Below, piece after piece: positions 1 through 12,822 of a stretch of DNA of 64,000 nt (position 1 is its first letter; every line of letters begins with the position of its first letter). Source of the stretch: Mobula birostris. Lineage: Eukaryota. The notes beneath the pieces were generated by a model, which was given only the letters and a program-made list of their open reading frames with translations, was not told the origin of the DNA and did not search any database. The stretch spans positions 178,398,057 through 178,462,056 of the forward strand of contig NC_092374.1 in the NCBI RefSeq assembly GCF_030028105.1. Reading direction: 5' to 3'. Made by a program: the position numbers and the translations under genes.

Positions 1-3000
1 AGCTGATAAAATTAATGCAGGGTAAGATGTTCATTTTAATGACCGATATATGGGCCCTGACTGATGCTGGAAGGTGTCTCCATCTATTAATATCTTCGTC
101 TGTTTTTTTTTTAGAATTAAAGAGTAATTTGTTTTAGCCACAGATGATAGGGAAGTATTAACTTTAATACCCAAGTAGGGGACTTCATTTGTAACTTTAA
201 TCTAGGGAGGGAGAGACACCTTACTTTTATCCGTATTAATCAGCATCAGTGCTGATTTTAACAAATTAACTTTGTATCCTGAAAGAAATCCAAATTGCTC
301 CAGTGTTTTTAAAACATAGGGGAGAGTTTGTTGAACATTTGCCATATAAACTAGTGTGTCGTCCGCGTAGAGTCATATTGAATGCGATGTTGTACCGATT
401 GTAATAGGGGAAATCTGAGGAGAGTTTCTAATTAAATGTGCAAGCGTTTCAATAGATATAGTAAAAATTAAAGGAGACAAAGGGTACCCTTGTCGTGTGC
501 CCCGTCCTATGTCAAATAACTCTGAGAAACCTCCTCCCACACATACCTGGGCTGAAGGACTTATTGCCAAACTTAAATTCTTTTAGAACTCTCCAAAGAT
601 ATGGCCATTCAAGGTGATCGAACGCTTTTTCAGCATCGAGAAATAGCAGGCCACAGGCAGATGGGATTTTATGTGTTGCACTCAGTACGTGTAAGAGCTG
701 GTGAATATTATCAGATGCGAAACGACCCTTGATAAAGCCCATTTGATCTGGGCTAACTATTTTCCTAACTACTGTCTACAGTCTACTGGCTAAGACTTTG
801 GAAAATATCTTGAGGTCGGCATTTATCAAGGAGATTGGACGGTAATTGGCACACTCCAAAGGGTCCTTACCGGGCTTAGGTATAACTGTGATCAGGGCAG
901 AGTTTAGATCTCTATGGAAAGCACCATTTCCAAAAGCATAATTTAATGTTTCTAACTATACTGGTCCAAGAATATCCCAAGGTGCTAGGTAAAGTTCCAC
1001 AGGTATGCCATCTATGCCTGGCGTATGGCCCTTATTTGTAGCTTTGACTGCTTTGAGTAGCTCATCCAGTGTAATAGGAGAGTCTAGAGTTTTGGTGTCC
1101 TCTAATGACAACGTAGGGAGGTCTAATTCACTAAAAAAATCTGTGAAGTCATTCTCAGAAGGAACTAAGCCACTTGTATACAATTCTTTAAAGTAATTCT
1201 TGAATGTCTCATTTATTTCCTCTGTTGAAGATACTACTCCACGTTTAGCACATCTAATCACTGGTATAGACCTTTTAGTTTCCTATTGTTTGAGCGTTAG
1301 AGCTAAAAGATGGCTTGGTCTGCTGCCTTCTGCGTAATACTTATGTTTGGTTATATGGATCATATATTCTGCCCTGCTTCTTAATAAATTATTTAATTCT
1401 GCTTGTTTTGTATTAGCTCGTTTTCTTTTGTTATGGTGTATATCCTTTTGAGATCATTTTCCAAAACCTTACATTCTTCTTCTAAGATGGAAATCTTTTG
1501 AAGCCGGCTTTTATGTAGGTGAGAACTGAACCATATAGCGTTATTTCATAAGAAACCCTATTGGAAGCCCAAATCACTGTCACATCTGAGACACTATTTT
1601 TATTTAAATTTATAAATTCTGTCAGTTTTGTTCTCAGTTGTGATAGAAATTCGTCATTTTTTAGAAAGGTGGAGTTAAACCTCCACCTAGTAGCGTTATT
1701 TTTAATTTTGCCAGAACTAAAAGTAGATACGACTGGGTTGTGTTCAGATAGATGTCTGGGCAAAAGTTCTATTGAGTGTACTAAAGGCAGCAGACCGGAG
1801 GGTATAAGAATGTAATCTATCCGAGAGAAAGTTTTATGTCTTGTGGAGAAGAAAGTATAGTCTCTAGCAGATGGATTATGCACCCTCCACACATCAGTTA
1901 AATTTAAATCCGTTAGAAAAAGGTTAAGTTCTTTGGAAGCAGATTCTTGAGAGCTTGATGCAGTTGAGGAAGATTTATTGAGGTTAATGTTTACCGAAGC
2001 ATTCATGTCCAAACCAACATATAGTTGGTCGTCACTTAACTTCAGTAATTGTGAGGTAATTTAGGGAAAAAATTCAACCTCAAATATAGTTGGGGCATAT
2101 AGGCTAATGAATGCAACTTTTTTACCCTGAATGGATGTGCAGCAAAAGGCTAGACGTCCTTTATTGACGCGCCAGTCCTTTCAATTGATACATTAATATT
2201 ACGTCTCATTACTATCGTAACTCCTTTCGTACGAGTACCATCAGCTGATGCCACAACAGGTTTATAAAAAGGGTTTTGAACTCTGGGAATGTCATTAGTT
2301 TTAAGATGTGTTTCCTGTAACAGCGCAATATCTCTTTTCTTTCTGTGTAAGAAATTTAAAACCTTTGAACGCTTGTAGGGAGAGTTTAACATTAAATGAT
2401 ACAATAGTAAGATTTTCTAATTTATCTGTGTTGCTCATCTTCCCCTGGATCTGTTGTTGTAGGTTGGTGGTGGAGCCCTGAGTTACCTCCTTCCCACCCC
2501 ACTCCCATCACCCCTCCCATTAAACCCTTTACTTTGTAACATCTGTGAGTGTCACTTAGCAATGTCAGACACTGAACACTATCAACCGCCTTCCTTCCAG
2601 CACCAACAAATTAGAAAGGCAGCGCAGTTCTCATGGACAACCATATCAAAGAGACAAGAAAAAAGAAACCTGGACAAACCCATTAACCTATATAAATAAA
2701 ACCGTTTCCATCTCAAATATAGTATAACACATGATCAAGATCCCAACAGCTATCTTGCAAGAACCTGTCGCTTCAATAGACCGTCGCTTAGCGATGGCGC
2801 CAATGACGTCTTATCTGGTGCCCAGAAATGTAAACAAGTTTACTGGAGACATAACATTCATAGTTAGTCAGAACAAACTGCTGTTTTTCAGTTTCATTCT
2901 TGATGAAGTATTACATTTGGGTATATTGTATATTACCTTAAAACTCTGACCTGCAATAGAAACAAATTGGCCCCTTAATTAACTAAATACAAAGGTGCAA

Positions 3001-4156
3001 TGAAAGACTTTCCGATAAAAGAATAACCAGAAAACTTCACACCTAGAAAGTTAACTTGCCTGTGCCTGTTAGATTGCGCATACAGGCTGGTCCGAGCTCT
3101 TAATGCTGCTCCATCTCCTCCCGAGGGCCATGTGGACTTTGACCAGGGTCTTCTTCCATACCTCCCAGCATTGATGATTTCAGAGCTTCTTTCGCTTCCT
3201 CTGCCGAGTTAAACAACATCTTCATGCCCTTGATATTCACTCTCAAAATCGCTGGGTATGTGAGGAACGAGTCGATTCCCCTTCTGTCGAAGTTTAGCGC
3301 GGATCTCCTTGTATCCCTGCCGTTCCTGCATCGTGCCAGAGCTGCAGTCGGCGAAGAACTGCAGCTGGGTGCCATCAGGGAGAGTAGGTTTGGCTTTCCT
3401 CACGCCCTCCAGGATAGCCTGCCGGTCGGTGTACCGTAGAAGCTTAAAAATCATGGTGCGTGGTCTTGAGGTGTTGTTGGAAAAGATCCTTTGTGCTCTA
3501 TCAATCTCCAATGGAGTGCTGTGGGAATTCTTGAGCGCTGGAATCCAATTAGGCAGCATCTTCTGGAGGTAACCTCTTGGATCATCGCCCTCAGCGCCTG
3601 TCAGTAAGTTGACCAGCCGCACATTGTTTCTCCTGGATCTGTCCTCCAAGTCGTTTAACTTCTTCCATATCTTAGACACCACCGCGAGACAGGAGTTAGT
3701 AACTTTCTCGTTCTTGCATAAGCAAACCTGAATGTTGTCTATTTTATTGAAGACCGTGCTAAATTTTTTAGCGTGAATGTCTGCTTGCTCCTTTAACGAC
3801 TGGAGAATGTTGCTATTCTCTGTCATGTGCTTCTGTATGGGGTCGAGAGCCTTTTCCAGCAACTCCCTTAGCATGTCGGCTACCATTTCTTGCAGCAATT
3901 CCATCTCCGTTGCCATTGTTTGTTTATTTAGCATAGTTATTTCCTCAGATGAATCGCTAGCTTGATGTCGCCTGCTGGTATCTTGTTTCCTGGTTGAATT
4001 TGGATCTCTTTTTGAAGCCATGTCTTTAGTGAGATCTTTCTCCAACTCAACCTTGTATTAAGACCGTCTATGAGCCCTGAAGAACTTGAAAAAGGAGGGT
4101 TATATGTCAGCGCTCAGTTCTCTGCTGCCATCTTGCCTCGTACCTCACTGGAAGTC
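1..4156 (-). mobile_element. Degenerate fish-type L1 (LINE) with 5' UTR, ORF1 and fragmented ORF2 (EN + N-terminal RT); runs off the window start
   Basis: ORF1-like 3209-4045 (coiled-coil, then RRNNVRLVNL and RPRTMIFKLLRY). ORF2 pieces: IALLQETHL (2150-2404), YTFFS..HKTFSRIDY..SEHNPV (1482-2012), KGHTPGIDGIPVELY (956-1261), GFIKGR..DAEKAFD (512-742), RGTRQGYPLSP (373-570). Many stops and frameshifts. Confidence 0.92.
3209..4045 (-). pseudogene. L1 ORF1p remnant (frameshifted near its C-terminus; continues in the 3100-3375 frame)
   Basis: LEDRSRRNNVRLVNL / EIDRAQR / RPRTMIFKLLRYTDR motifs typical of L1 ORF1p; lies upstream of the ORF2 fragments. Confidence 0.85.
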
Positions 4157-4157
4157 A

Positions 4158-5460
4158 TTAGAATTTCTCAACATCCCCGCCCATCCCTGGCCACCACCAG
4201 TCTTGCTGGAGGGTTGTGATCATGCTCTGCCTTCCCTGATGCATCCCCTCATGATAAAACTTTAGTAGTATCTGTCTAATACAGGGTGGGGCTACCGTGA
4301 CTCTTTCCTCCCCATATGTCCAGCACCCATCTGATCCCTCCTTTGCTCCTCTTCTCCTCCATTTTCCCTTCTCTTCTGCCTCTACCTCTTCATATAATTT
4401 TACTAAGCTGGCTTCTGTCATTTCCTTCTGCACACTTGCAATTTCAATTGCCTCTTGGTCCTCTGCTGCCTTCTTATTTGCACTAATGTCTGCCCTCAGA
4501 GGAATTGGGAAAACTTTATGTTCTGGAGTGGCCGCAGTCTCTCTGAGTCTCCCCTGGTGTTTTTGTTCCTTTGCTATACGCTGAACAGCCGTCAGTGTGT
4601 CAGTTTGTATAGGGTCCTGCTTAGAGGGTTTATACAGATCCTCCTCTATTTTAACTGGGTCTGTCTTTACTTGCCCACAATCTTGCTTGTGTGTAACCCA
4701 CACTGCTGGGAACTGCTGACAAGGTAACCCATAGGCCCCATCCGGGCTGCAGTCTCTGGTGATCGGGGCAGCTGAGACTATGCTAGGCAAGTTGTGTATT
4801 CTGTTGGTTGTATGTGTACGCTGCCCCTGACTCGTCCATAGTATTTCTTCCTTTCCCGAATCTATAACAGCTCCTGCTTCCCTTAGGATATCTATTCCAA
4901 GGATCGTGCCCTCATTATTTGGACATACCCAGAAATACACTGGAAGCTGCACTCCCCCGATTTCTAGTATTTGCTTCTCGCTTCTTTCTGCTTTTACTGT
5001 TTTCCCTTCTACACCCCTGATATAACTGGCCTGACCGGTTGTTGGTAAGGGTAAGTGTGTTATCGATACTGATGCCCCTGTGTCCACTAACATATTGCAT
5101 TGCCAGCCCCCTAACAGTGCAGTTATGTACATCCGCGGGTCACCAGCGCTGGCAGTGGAGCCTGCTGCCACATCTTTTTCTGCCCTAAGAGGCACTGTTA
5201 CTAGCCCTTTGATCTGATCAATAGTCAGACGGGTTACTGATGGGGTGAGTGACTGGGTGTCTGCTGTGACCTTCGCCTGGGTTTTCCCCCTCCCTTTTGG
5301 ACACTGTCTCCAGCTATGTCCTGATAGGCCACAGCTGTAACACACCAACTCCTTCCCTGTCTTATACCTGGTTCAGCAGTCCTTTGCTAAGTGCCCCGGC
5401 TGCTGGCAAGCAAAACAAACTCTCCGGGACATCACAGCAGCTGTATCCATATAACTAAAT
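4158..5460 (-). mobile_element. Retrovirus-like (ERV/LTR) gag-pro-pol remnant with a large in-frame internal deletion
   Basis: Two CCHC knuckles (CFACQQPGHLAKDC at 5376-5417, then in-frame TGA, then CYSCGLSGHSWRQC), aspartic protease LVDTGAS, RT N-terminal FPAVWVTHKQDCG, then integrase N-terminal-like YHEGMHQG..WWWPGM; no RT catalytic core. Confidence 0.8.
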
Positions 5461-5461
5461 A

Positions 5462-5627
5462 ACCATATAGTCATAGTCACACTTTATTGATCCTGGGGGA
5501 AATTGGTTTTCGTTACAGTTGCACCATAAATAATAAATAGTAATAGAACCATAATAGTTAAATAGTAATATGTAAATTAGGCCAGTAAATTATGAAATAA
5601 GTCCAGGACCAGCCTATTGGCTCAGGA
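5462..5627 (-). mobile_element. L2/Rex-Babar-type LINE 3' tail fragment
   Basis: Reverse complement matches the 3' end of the copy at 31290-31420 (ggtgcaactgtaa..aaaaccaatttccccc..gatcaataaagt..gactatgact). Confidence 0.7.
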
Positions 5628-7140
5628 AATATAACAATTACAGCACGGAAACAGGCCATCTCGGCCCTTCTAGTCCGTGCCGAACTCTTACTCTCACCTA
5701 GTCCCACCGACCTGCACTCAGCCCATAACCCTCCATTCCTTTCCTGTCCATATATCTATCTAATTTAACTTTAAACGACAACATCGAACCTGCCTCAACC
5801 ACTTCTGCTGGAAGTTCGTTCCACACAGCTACCACTCGCTGAGTAAAGAAGTTCGCCCTCATGTTACCCTTAAACTTTTGCCCTTTAACTCTCAACTCAA
5901 GTCCTCTTGTTTGAATCTCCCCCATTCTCAATGGAAAAAGCCTACCCATGTCAACTCTATCAATCCCGCTCATAATTTTAAACTCCTCTATCAAGTCCCC
6001 CCTCAACCTTCTATGCTCCAAAGAATAAAGACCTAACTTGTTCAACCTTTCTCTGTAACTTGGGAGATGAAACCCAGACGACATTTTAATAAACCTCCTC
6101 TGTACTCTCTCAATTTTATTGACATCTTTCCTATAATTCGGTGACCAGAACTGTACACAATACTCCAAATTTGGCCTTACCAATGCCTTATACAATTTCA
6201 ACATTACATCCCAACTCCTATACTCAATGCTCTGATTAATAAAGGCCAGCATACCAAAATCTTTCTTCAACACCCTATCCACATGAGATTCCACCTTCAT
6301 GGAACTATGCATCATTATTCCTAGATCCCTCTGTTCTACAGCATTCTTCAATGCCCTACCATTTACCATGTATGTCCTATTTTGATTAGTCCTACCAAAA
6401 TGTAGCACCTCACATTTTTCGGCATTAAGTTCCATCTGCCATCTTTCAGCCCACTCTTCTAACTGTCCTAAATCTCTCTGCAAGCATTGAAAACCTACCT
6501 CATCATCCACAACACCTCATACCTTAGTATCATCTGCATACTTACTAATCCAATTTACCACCCCATCATCCAGATCATTAATATATATGACAAACAACAT
6601 TAGACCCAGTACAGATCCCTGAGGCACACCACTAGTCACCGGCCTCCAATCTGACACACAGTTGTCTACCACTGCTCTCTGGCGTCTCCCATCTAGCCAC
6701 TGCTGAATCCATTTTACTACTTTGATATTAATGCCTAACGATTGAACCTTCCTAACTAACCTTACGTGTGGAACCTTGTCAAAGGCCTTACTGAAGTCCA
6801 TATAGACAACATCCACCGCTTTACCCTTGTCAATTTTCTTAGTAACCTCATCAAAAAATTCAATAAGATTTGTCAAACATGACCTTCCACGCACAAATCC
6901 ATGTTGACTGTTCCTAATCAGACCCTGTCTATCCAGATAATTATATATAACATCTCTAAGAATACTTTCCATCAATTTACCCACCACTGATGTCAAACTG
7001 ACAGGCAGATAATTGCCGGGTTTACTCTTAGAACCCTTTTTAAACAATGGAACCACATGAGCAATACATCAATCCTGCGGCACCATCCCTGTTTCTAATG
7101 ACATTTGAAACATTTCTGTCAGAGCCCTTGCTATTTCTAC
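5628..7140 (-). mobile_element. CR1 LINE, 5'-truncated (RT domain + 3' end)
   Basis: ORFs 6517-7056 ([47 protein letters not shown]) and 5698-6510 (CR1 C-terminus LVRPNLEYCVQFWSP); frameshift near 6515. Confidence 0.95.
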
Positions 7141-7149
7141 ACTAAATTT

Positions 7150-8290
7150 CCAGACAAGTGCTGATAGAGGACAGCTCCAGTGCCTGCTTCGAATGCATCT
7201 ACCTCAACAATGAATGGCTGAGATGGGTCTGGGTATTGCAGCAGTAGGGCAGTGGTGAAACGTCACTTTAGCTCTGAAAATGCTTGATCAGCATCGTCCG
7301 TCCAATGGAATCCTGCCGAGGTCTTCTCGGAACCACAATAGAGCCAAGATTCTGGATGAACCGGTGATAAAAGTTCGCAAACCCCATGAAGCGCCGTACC
7401 TGTTTGACTGAGACGGCTTGTGCCATTCTGCAACTGTCTGAACTTTACTAGGGTCCATTTGAACACTGTATGGGGTGTATAGCCCAAAAACGACACCTGG
7501 TCTTTATGGAATTCGCATTTTTCAGGCTTGGCGTACAGGTAATTCTCAAGAAGGCATCTGAGTACTCTCCGGACATACTGGAAGTGCTCCTGATGAGAGT
7601 GGGAATAGATAAGTATGTCTTCTAAATGGACAAGCACACACTGGTTCAACATGTTCCTGAACATATCGTTAACCAAGGCCTGGAATACAGCGGGGGCGTT
7701 AGCCATATCAAAAGGCATCACCAGGTACTCATAGTGGCCATTAGAGGTGCTGAAAGCCATTTTCCACTCATCCCCTTTTCTTATGCGAATCAGATTGTAA
7801 ACATTGCACAGATCAATTTTGGAAACTATTGTTATTCCCTGGAGATGTTCAAACGCATATGGCAGCAAGGGAAGAGGGTAGCGGTTCTTCACAGTGATGT
7901 TGTTCAGGGGCTGATAATCGATGCAGGGATGGAGCTTGCCACCTTTCCTGCCGGCAAGTTTGACGGTCGGATAAACCCCATGCTCATTGCCTCCTTGATG
8001 TATTCCTCCATGGCCACCGTTTCAGGATGAGAGAGGGAAAAGAGCCAGCCCCGGGGAGGACTGGTGCCAGGTAGGAGGTCTATGGCCAGTGTGGGGCAGG
8101 GTGATGGCCTTTCTTTTACTGAAAACCTCAAGGAGATCCGCATATTCATCCAGAATCCCAGACAGCTCCACATCCTTAGCTGAGACAGGCAAGGCCAATG
8201 CAAAACAAAAGCGAAGCGTTGCTGTGCTCTGTCCAAGTCTTGACAATCACTACAACACAAGTATGGAGTTGAATACTGTCACAATTAGCT
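7150..8290 (-). mobile_element. Gypsy (Tf2/sushi-like) LTR retrotransposon RT fragment, degenerate
   Basis: [48 protein letters not shown], decayed YLDD (HLED-ILIYS), KCEFH..FLG. Confidence 0.9.
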
Positions 8291-8339
8291 GACGTGCAAA
8301 TTCACACATACAATTGTCGTATCTACTGTGCTGCCGAAT

Positions 8340-9560
8340 CCGTGGTTGTGACTCTGAGATTTAAAGGATCATTGGGAGATGTAGTGAAAACAACTTCTGA
8401 AGGTCAAAACAAGCATTACGCTTATCTGCAAGACAAGCCCTGTTGCTTGATTTAACTTTGCATTCAAGCCCTCCCACATGTGTTGAGCATCCCACATTGA
8501 TTCAAGTTTGGTTTGGAATCTCCACCTCGCCCGTGAGATGACTTTCTAGAGATCATAACAGCATCTGTTGTAGCTTTCTTGGTCTCTAGACTTAAATACT
8601 TCTGATCTGGCCCTCAGCAAGTTTCAGATCTCATAGTCCATCCAGGGCTTCTGATTGGGGAATACTCTGAATAATTTAGTTTGTAACACACTCATCGACA
8701 ACTGTTTTAATAAAGTCCATTACAGGCAGGATGTGTTCATTCAGATCTCTAGATGAATGCTTAAACATGGCCCAGTCTGCTGACTCAGAACAATCCTGTA
8801 ATCGTTCCTCTGCCTTCCGGGACCAACCCTTAGTTGTCCTAATCTCTGGGGCCTTGCTTTTAGGCTTTGTTGCATGCAGGTAGGAGGACAGCCAAGTGAT
8901 CTGATTTACTAAAATGTGGTGTGGGCAAGGAACACATCTTAGTACAGCAGTGGTCTAGTGTGCTAGGACCTCTGGTGTTACAGATTAAATGCTGGTGATA
9001 ATTGGACAGGTTTTTCTTCAAAGAAGCCTGGTTGAAGTCTCAGACTATAATTTGAAATGCCTTGGGATGGATTGTTTCTTGTTTGGAGATGGCGTTATGC
9101 AGCGACGTGAGTGCGTGATTATAGTCTGCCGCTGCAATCAGGATTACACATGAGAACTCCTGAGGATGGCATTTAACTGTTCAGTGTTCCAAGTTAGGGG
9201 AGCAGGAGTTCAACAGAACTGGCATGTCGGATCACCAGTGGGAATTGACCATGAAACAGACACATCCTCCCACTGCATTACACGAGTCAGCACTTCAGTC
9301 CATTCTATAAATCATAAATCCTTCTGGACTGACTGCTGCATCCGGTGTGTCTCGATACAGCAAATAATTGAGATGTCTCCCATCTGCCTCTGATACAGCT
9401 GTCTTGTCCTCAGATCATCAGTTTTATTCTCAAGCGATTGTACATTCACCAACAAGATGCCAGGTGGAGGAGGCCTCATTCCTCTGTGTTTCAGCCTGGC
9501 TTGGATTCCTTCTCTCCTGCCATGGCAATGAGACTTAAAAGTGCCGTGCCTAACTAGTTC
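8340..9560 (-). mobile_element. Rex1/Babar-L2-type LINE endonuclease region, heavily decayed
   Basis: GILLVNVQSLENKTDDLR..IICCIET (9312-9560) resembles an APE endonuclease N-terminus; downstream frame broken. Confidence 0.6.
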
Positions 9561-9769
9561 GGATTCTTCAGTAAGGCGATCTAAAAGTCCATTGTTAAGA
9601 GAAAAGTTATACTGCAGATTGCAGTGAAAATAATTCAAAAGAAGTATATTTAAGAGGAATTTTGAAACAATATTCTGCAGCCCACAGCAAGTCACAAATG
9701 AGAACCAGTGTTATCTTAACAATATAAAATAATATATAAAAGGTTTTAAGAGGAAAAGATAAAGAGTAG

Positions 9770-10105
9770 CCAACTAGTATCTTTTTTGCAAGGTTGACAT
9801 GTCTAGTCAAGGAGGGCATACATTTAAGGTGAGAGAGAGTAAGTTCAAAGGAGATGTGTGGAGCAAGTATTTTTACACAAAGAGTAGTGGGCGCCTGCAG
9901 TGCATTGCCTAGGGTGGTGGTGGAGGGGAAATACGGCATTCAAAGGACTTTTAGATAGATATATGAATGTACAGGAGATAGAATTATATGAGCATGGTGT
10001 AGGCAGAAAGGATTAATTTAATTGGACATTTAATTACTTGTAATTAATTTGGCACAATATTGTGAACTGAGGGGTCTGTTCCTGTGCGTTACTGTTCTAT
10101 GTTCT
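9770..10105 (+). mobile_element. CR1 3' end fragment
   Basis: atttaaggtgagagagagtaagttcaaaggagatgtgtgg..ttttacacaaagagtagtggg..gggtctgttcctgtgcgttactgttctatgttct matches the CR1 terminal segment seen in the longer copies. Confidence 0.75.
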
Positions 10106-11324
10106 AAGCTTCTCTTCATTCACATTTACTTAGGTACTAATATGACAAATTCCAGTTTCAGGCTGATATCTTACAAAGGATGGACAGTTATTATTTTCAA
10201 CAAGGGAGAATTGAGCCACCTCTCTTTGACATTGAACACTTTATCATTGATGAATTATTCACCATAAGTACCTTGGCTGTAGTCATATAGCACAGTCCTG
10301 TATAGTATGGTATCTAAAGCCCCCTAGCATTTCCAATGCCTAGAATGATAGCAAGTGTATGGGTGAAAATTTTGAACTCAACAATAACAACACAATTACT
10401 GCACCATTACAAAACCTTAGCACTATCCTGCCCATCTGATCAGTGTCATATCTGCCTTCTATCACTCCTGTAGCACCAATAGAATGGAGCTGCGGTAGAT
10501 CTTGTCAACAGTTTCTGCTACAACATTCTGAAGGCCACTTCAATAATATAACAGGAGTGGTTGTCAGGCTGGGTTTGAACCAGGGTTGTTATGAAATTCT
10601 GTACCTTTAGTCAGTGAACTACCAGAAGAAACATAGATTAGGTGGACCCAAGTGCAGAGGAGACCAGAGCTGAGGATGGAATTGAACAAAGGATCTACAT
10701 TTGAGGGTTGATTAGCAGAGAATACAGGCTAGAACTCGAGAATCACTTCTCAACAGTAGGTAAACTCCAGACTGAGCAAAGATGAACAAAACAAGGGAAC
10801 TTAAATGGCAAACAAAGCAAGACACAGATGCACAGATAACTAAAACACTGCATGGAAATAATCAGTGCAGAAGGAACTTCTTGCTTTCTGTCATCTTGGC
10901 TACTCTTTTTTGTTTCTCCCTGTCTCCCCTCCCCTCCCACAGTTTTCGTAGTGTATGTTGGTTGTTATGGTTGTTTCTGCTGTTTTGTTTACTCCCTTAC
11001 AGCTGGGTAGCCAGCATTCCCTTCCCTAGAAGTCCCATTCTAACATGTTAGAATTGATTGTCCCTTGCATGTTCCATATCAGATATACAGAGAAGCTGTG
11101 ACATTGATCCCAACACTTCAAAACAGTTGGAGAGTCTTGGTATCACATGACAAACTCTGAATTGTAGAAACGAGTAATAATCTTACGGTGTTGGTAACTA
11201 TCAGAAAGCACTACTGGGGACAGTGAAGTGCTGTGTGGAGGCCGCTAGAGCATCTGAAAACATGCATTGTGGAGTTATAAACACTTGGCTGATGATCTTT
11301 GATCCACAAATAACAAACACATGG

Positions 11325-11435
11325 GATGTTAAGCAACACACATAAAAATTACTGGTGAACACAGCAGGCCAGGCAGCATCTATAGGAAGAGGTACAGTCA
11401 ATGTTTTGGGCTGAGACCCTTCGTCAGGACTAACT
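11325..11435 (-). mobile_element. Penelope pLTR terminal fragment with a decayed hammerhead motif
   Basis: Similar to the Penelope ends at 42871 and 59080; hammerhead GAAA box mutated to AAAA. Confidence 0.75.
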
Positions 11436-12559
11436 TTCTCAGCCTGGCAAAGTGTTACATCCAGCAGCATTGTGGTCAGACCTAGGTTCACCCCAGTGTT
11501 GGTCTCTGTCATCAGACTTTCCCCAATATTAGGCTGTCGGCTGTGTCCTGGATTCCCCTCAGTGTCAGATTCTGTTCCAGACTCTGCCCACATGCCGTGA
11601 ATTCTCCATAGTGTCAGGCTGTGACTCCAGAAACCCCCATGTCAGTCTTTCTCATCATTCTTCCCCCAAAGTTGGGCTTCTCCCTCAGCTTCTCCCAATG
11701 TTAGGCTCCATCCCTGGACCGTTCCCAATGACAGATTCTCTGTCTGGATGCTCCCAGTATTGGACATTATCCTGAGATTCTTCACAATCTGCATGGTATC
11801 CCCCAAGATATTTCTATATTAGTGATTTTTTTTATTGCTGTGACATTATTTTTTCTTTTTACTGCAGAATTAACTTAGACTGTTCAGGAACCAAAAGGTC
11901 TCTGTAGATAGCTTAAAGGGAACCTATTAGTTGCTCTTCACTTGCAAATGTACTGTGTGGTGTTGTGGCTACAGTACTGTTAGGGTCAGCTAGATCTTCA
12001 CAGACAGGCAGAGGACCTTGTGCATCCAAGTGATCTGTCACAGTCTATAACCAGCTTGTGAAGTTTCTTCATTAATCATTATTGTCATTGCACAAACAGT
12101 TCTTTGTTTTGATGGTAAATATGAACAAAATCTAATATTTACAAGTGAATATATGTCATAGCAGGTTTCATTTTATTAATGAGCATAATGGATTTAATGT
12201 ACTGTACTACAATATTTTCAAAACAAAGGCAATTTATTATTTAATTGAAATTTATTTTTACTTTATTATTTATTATTGTCACATGCACCAAGATACAGTG
12301 GAAAAACTTCATTCTGTTTCAAGACCACATGAATAGCGATTTGGCAGATCACTGAAAGCTTCATGCTTGTAACATGAGCATTAAAAATTTTAGACCTTAG
12401 TTCAGACGTTGAGAGTTTCTGATGTTACAATATGGCCTAAAAGCTTTACCTGAACCATTCACTGCAGGCAGATACCACCTCTCATGTGAAAGAGCCAAGC
12501 CCAGGAATCATTCTGAAATTAGAATGGATGAAAAATGTTGCATATGTAACTGCATTAGG

Positions 12560-12822
12560 AGCCATGGTTGTGTAGCTTTAAGCATGGTGCCATTACAGCT
12601 CCGGGCTTCAGATATCGGAGTTCTCGTCTGTAAGGAATTTTTATGTTCTCCTCGTGACTGTGTGGGTTTCCTATGGGTGCTTCGGTTTCCTCCCACAATC
12701 CAGACATACCAATTAAAGGGTTAATTGGTCATTGTAAATTGTTCTGTAATTCGGCTAGTGTTAAATAGATGGGTTGTTTGATGGCACAGTTCGTTGGGCC
12801 AGAAACTGTATCTCTAAATAAA
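12560..12822 (+). mobile_element. tRNA-derived V-SINE-like SINE
   Basis: Central core tgttctcctcgtgactgtgtgggtttcc..ggtgcttcggtttcctccca and tail ctgtatctctaaataaat; relatives at about 13240-13425(-), 15040-15170(-), 24470-24810, 37440-37830, 51460-51730, 61750-61995. Confidence 0.7.

Noticed and set aside
12478-12590. Possible exon ADTTSHVKEPSPGIILKLEWMKNVAY
   Set aside because: Weak splice signals, runs into a SINE, no recognised family
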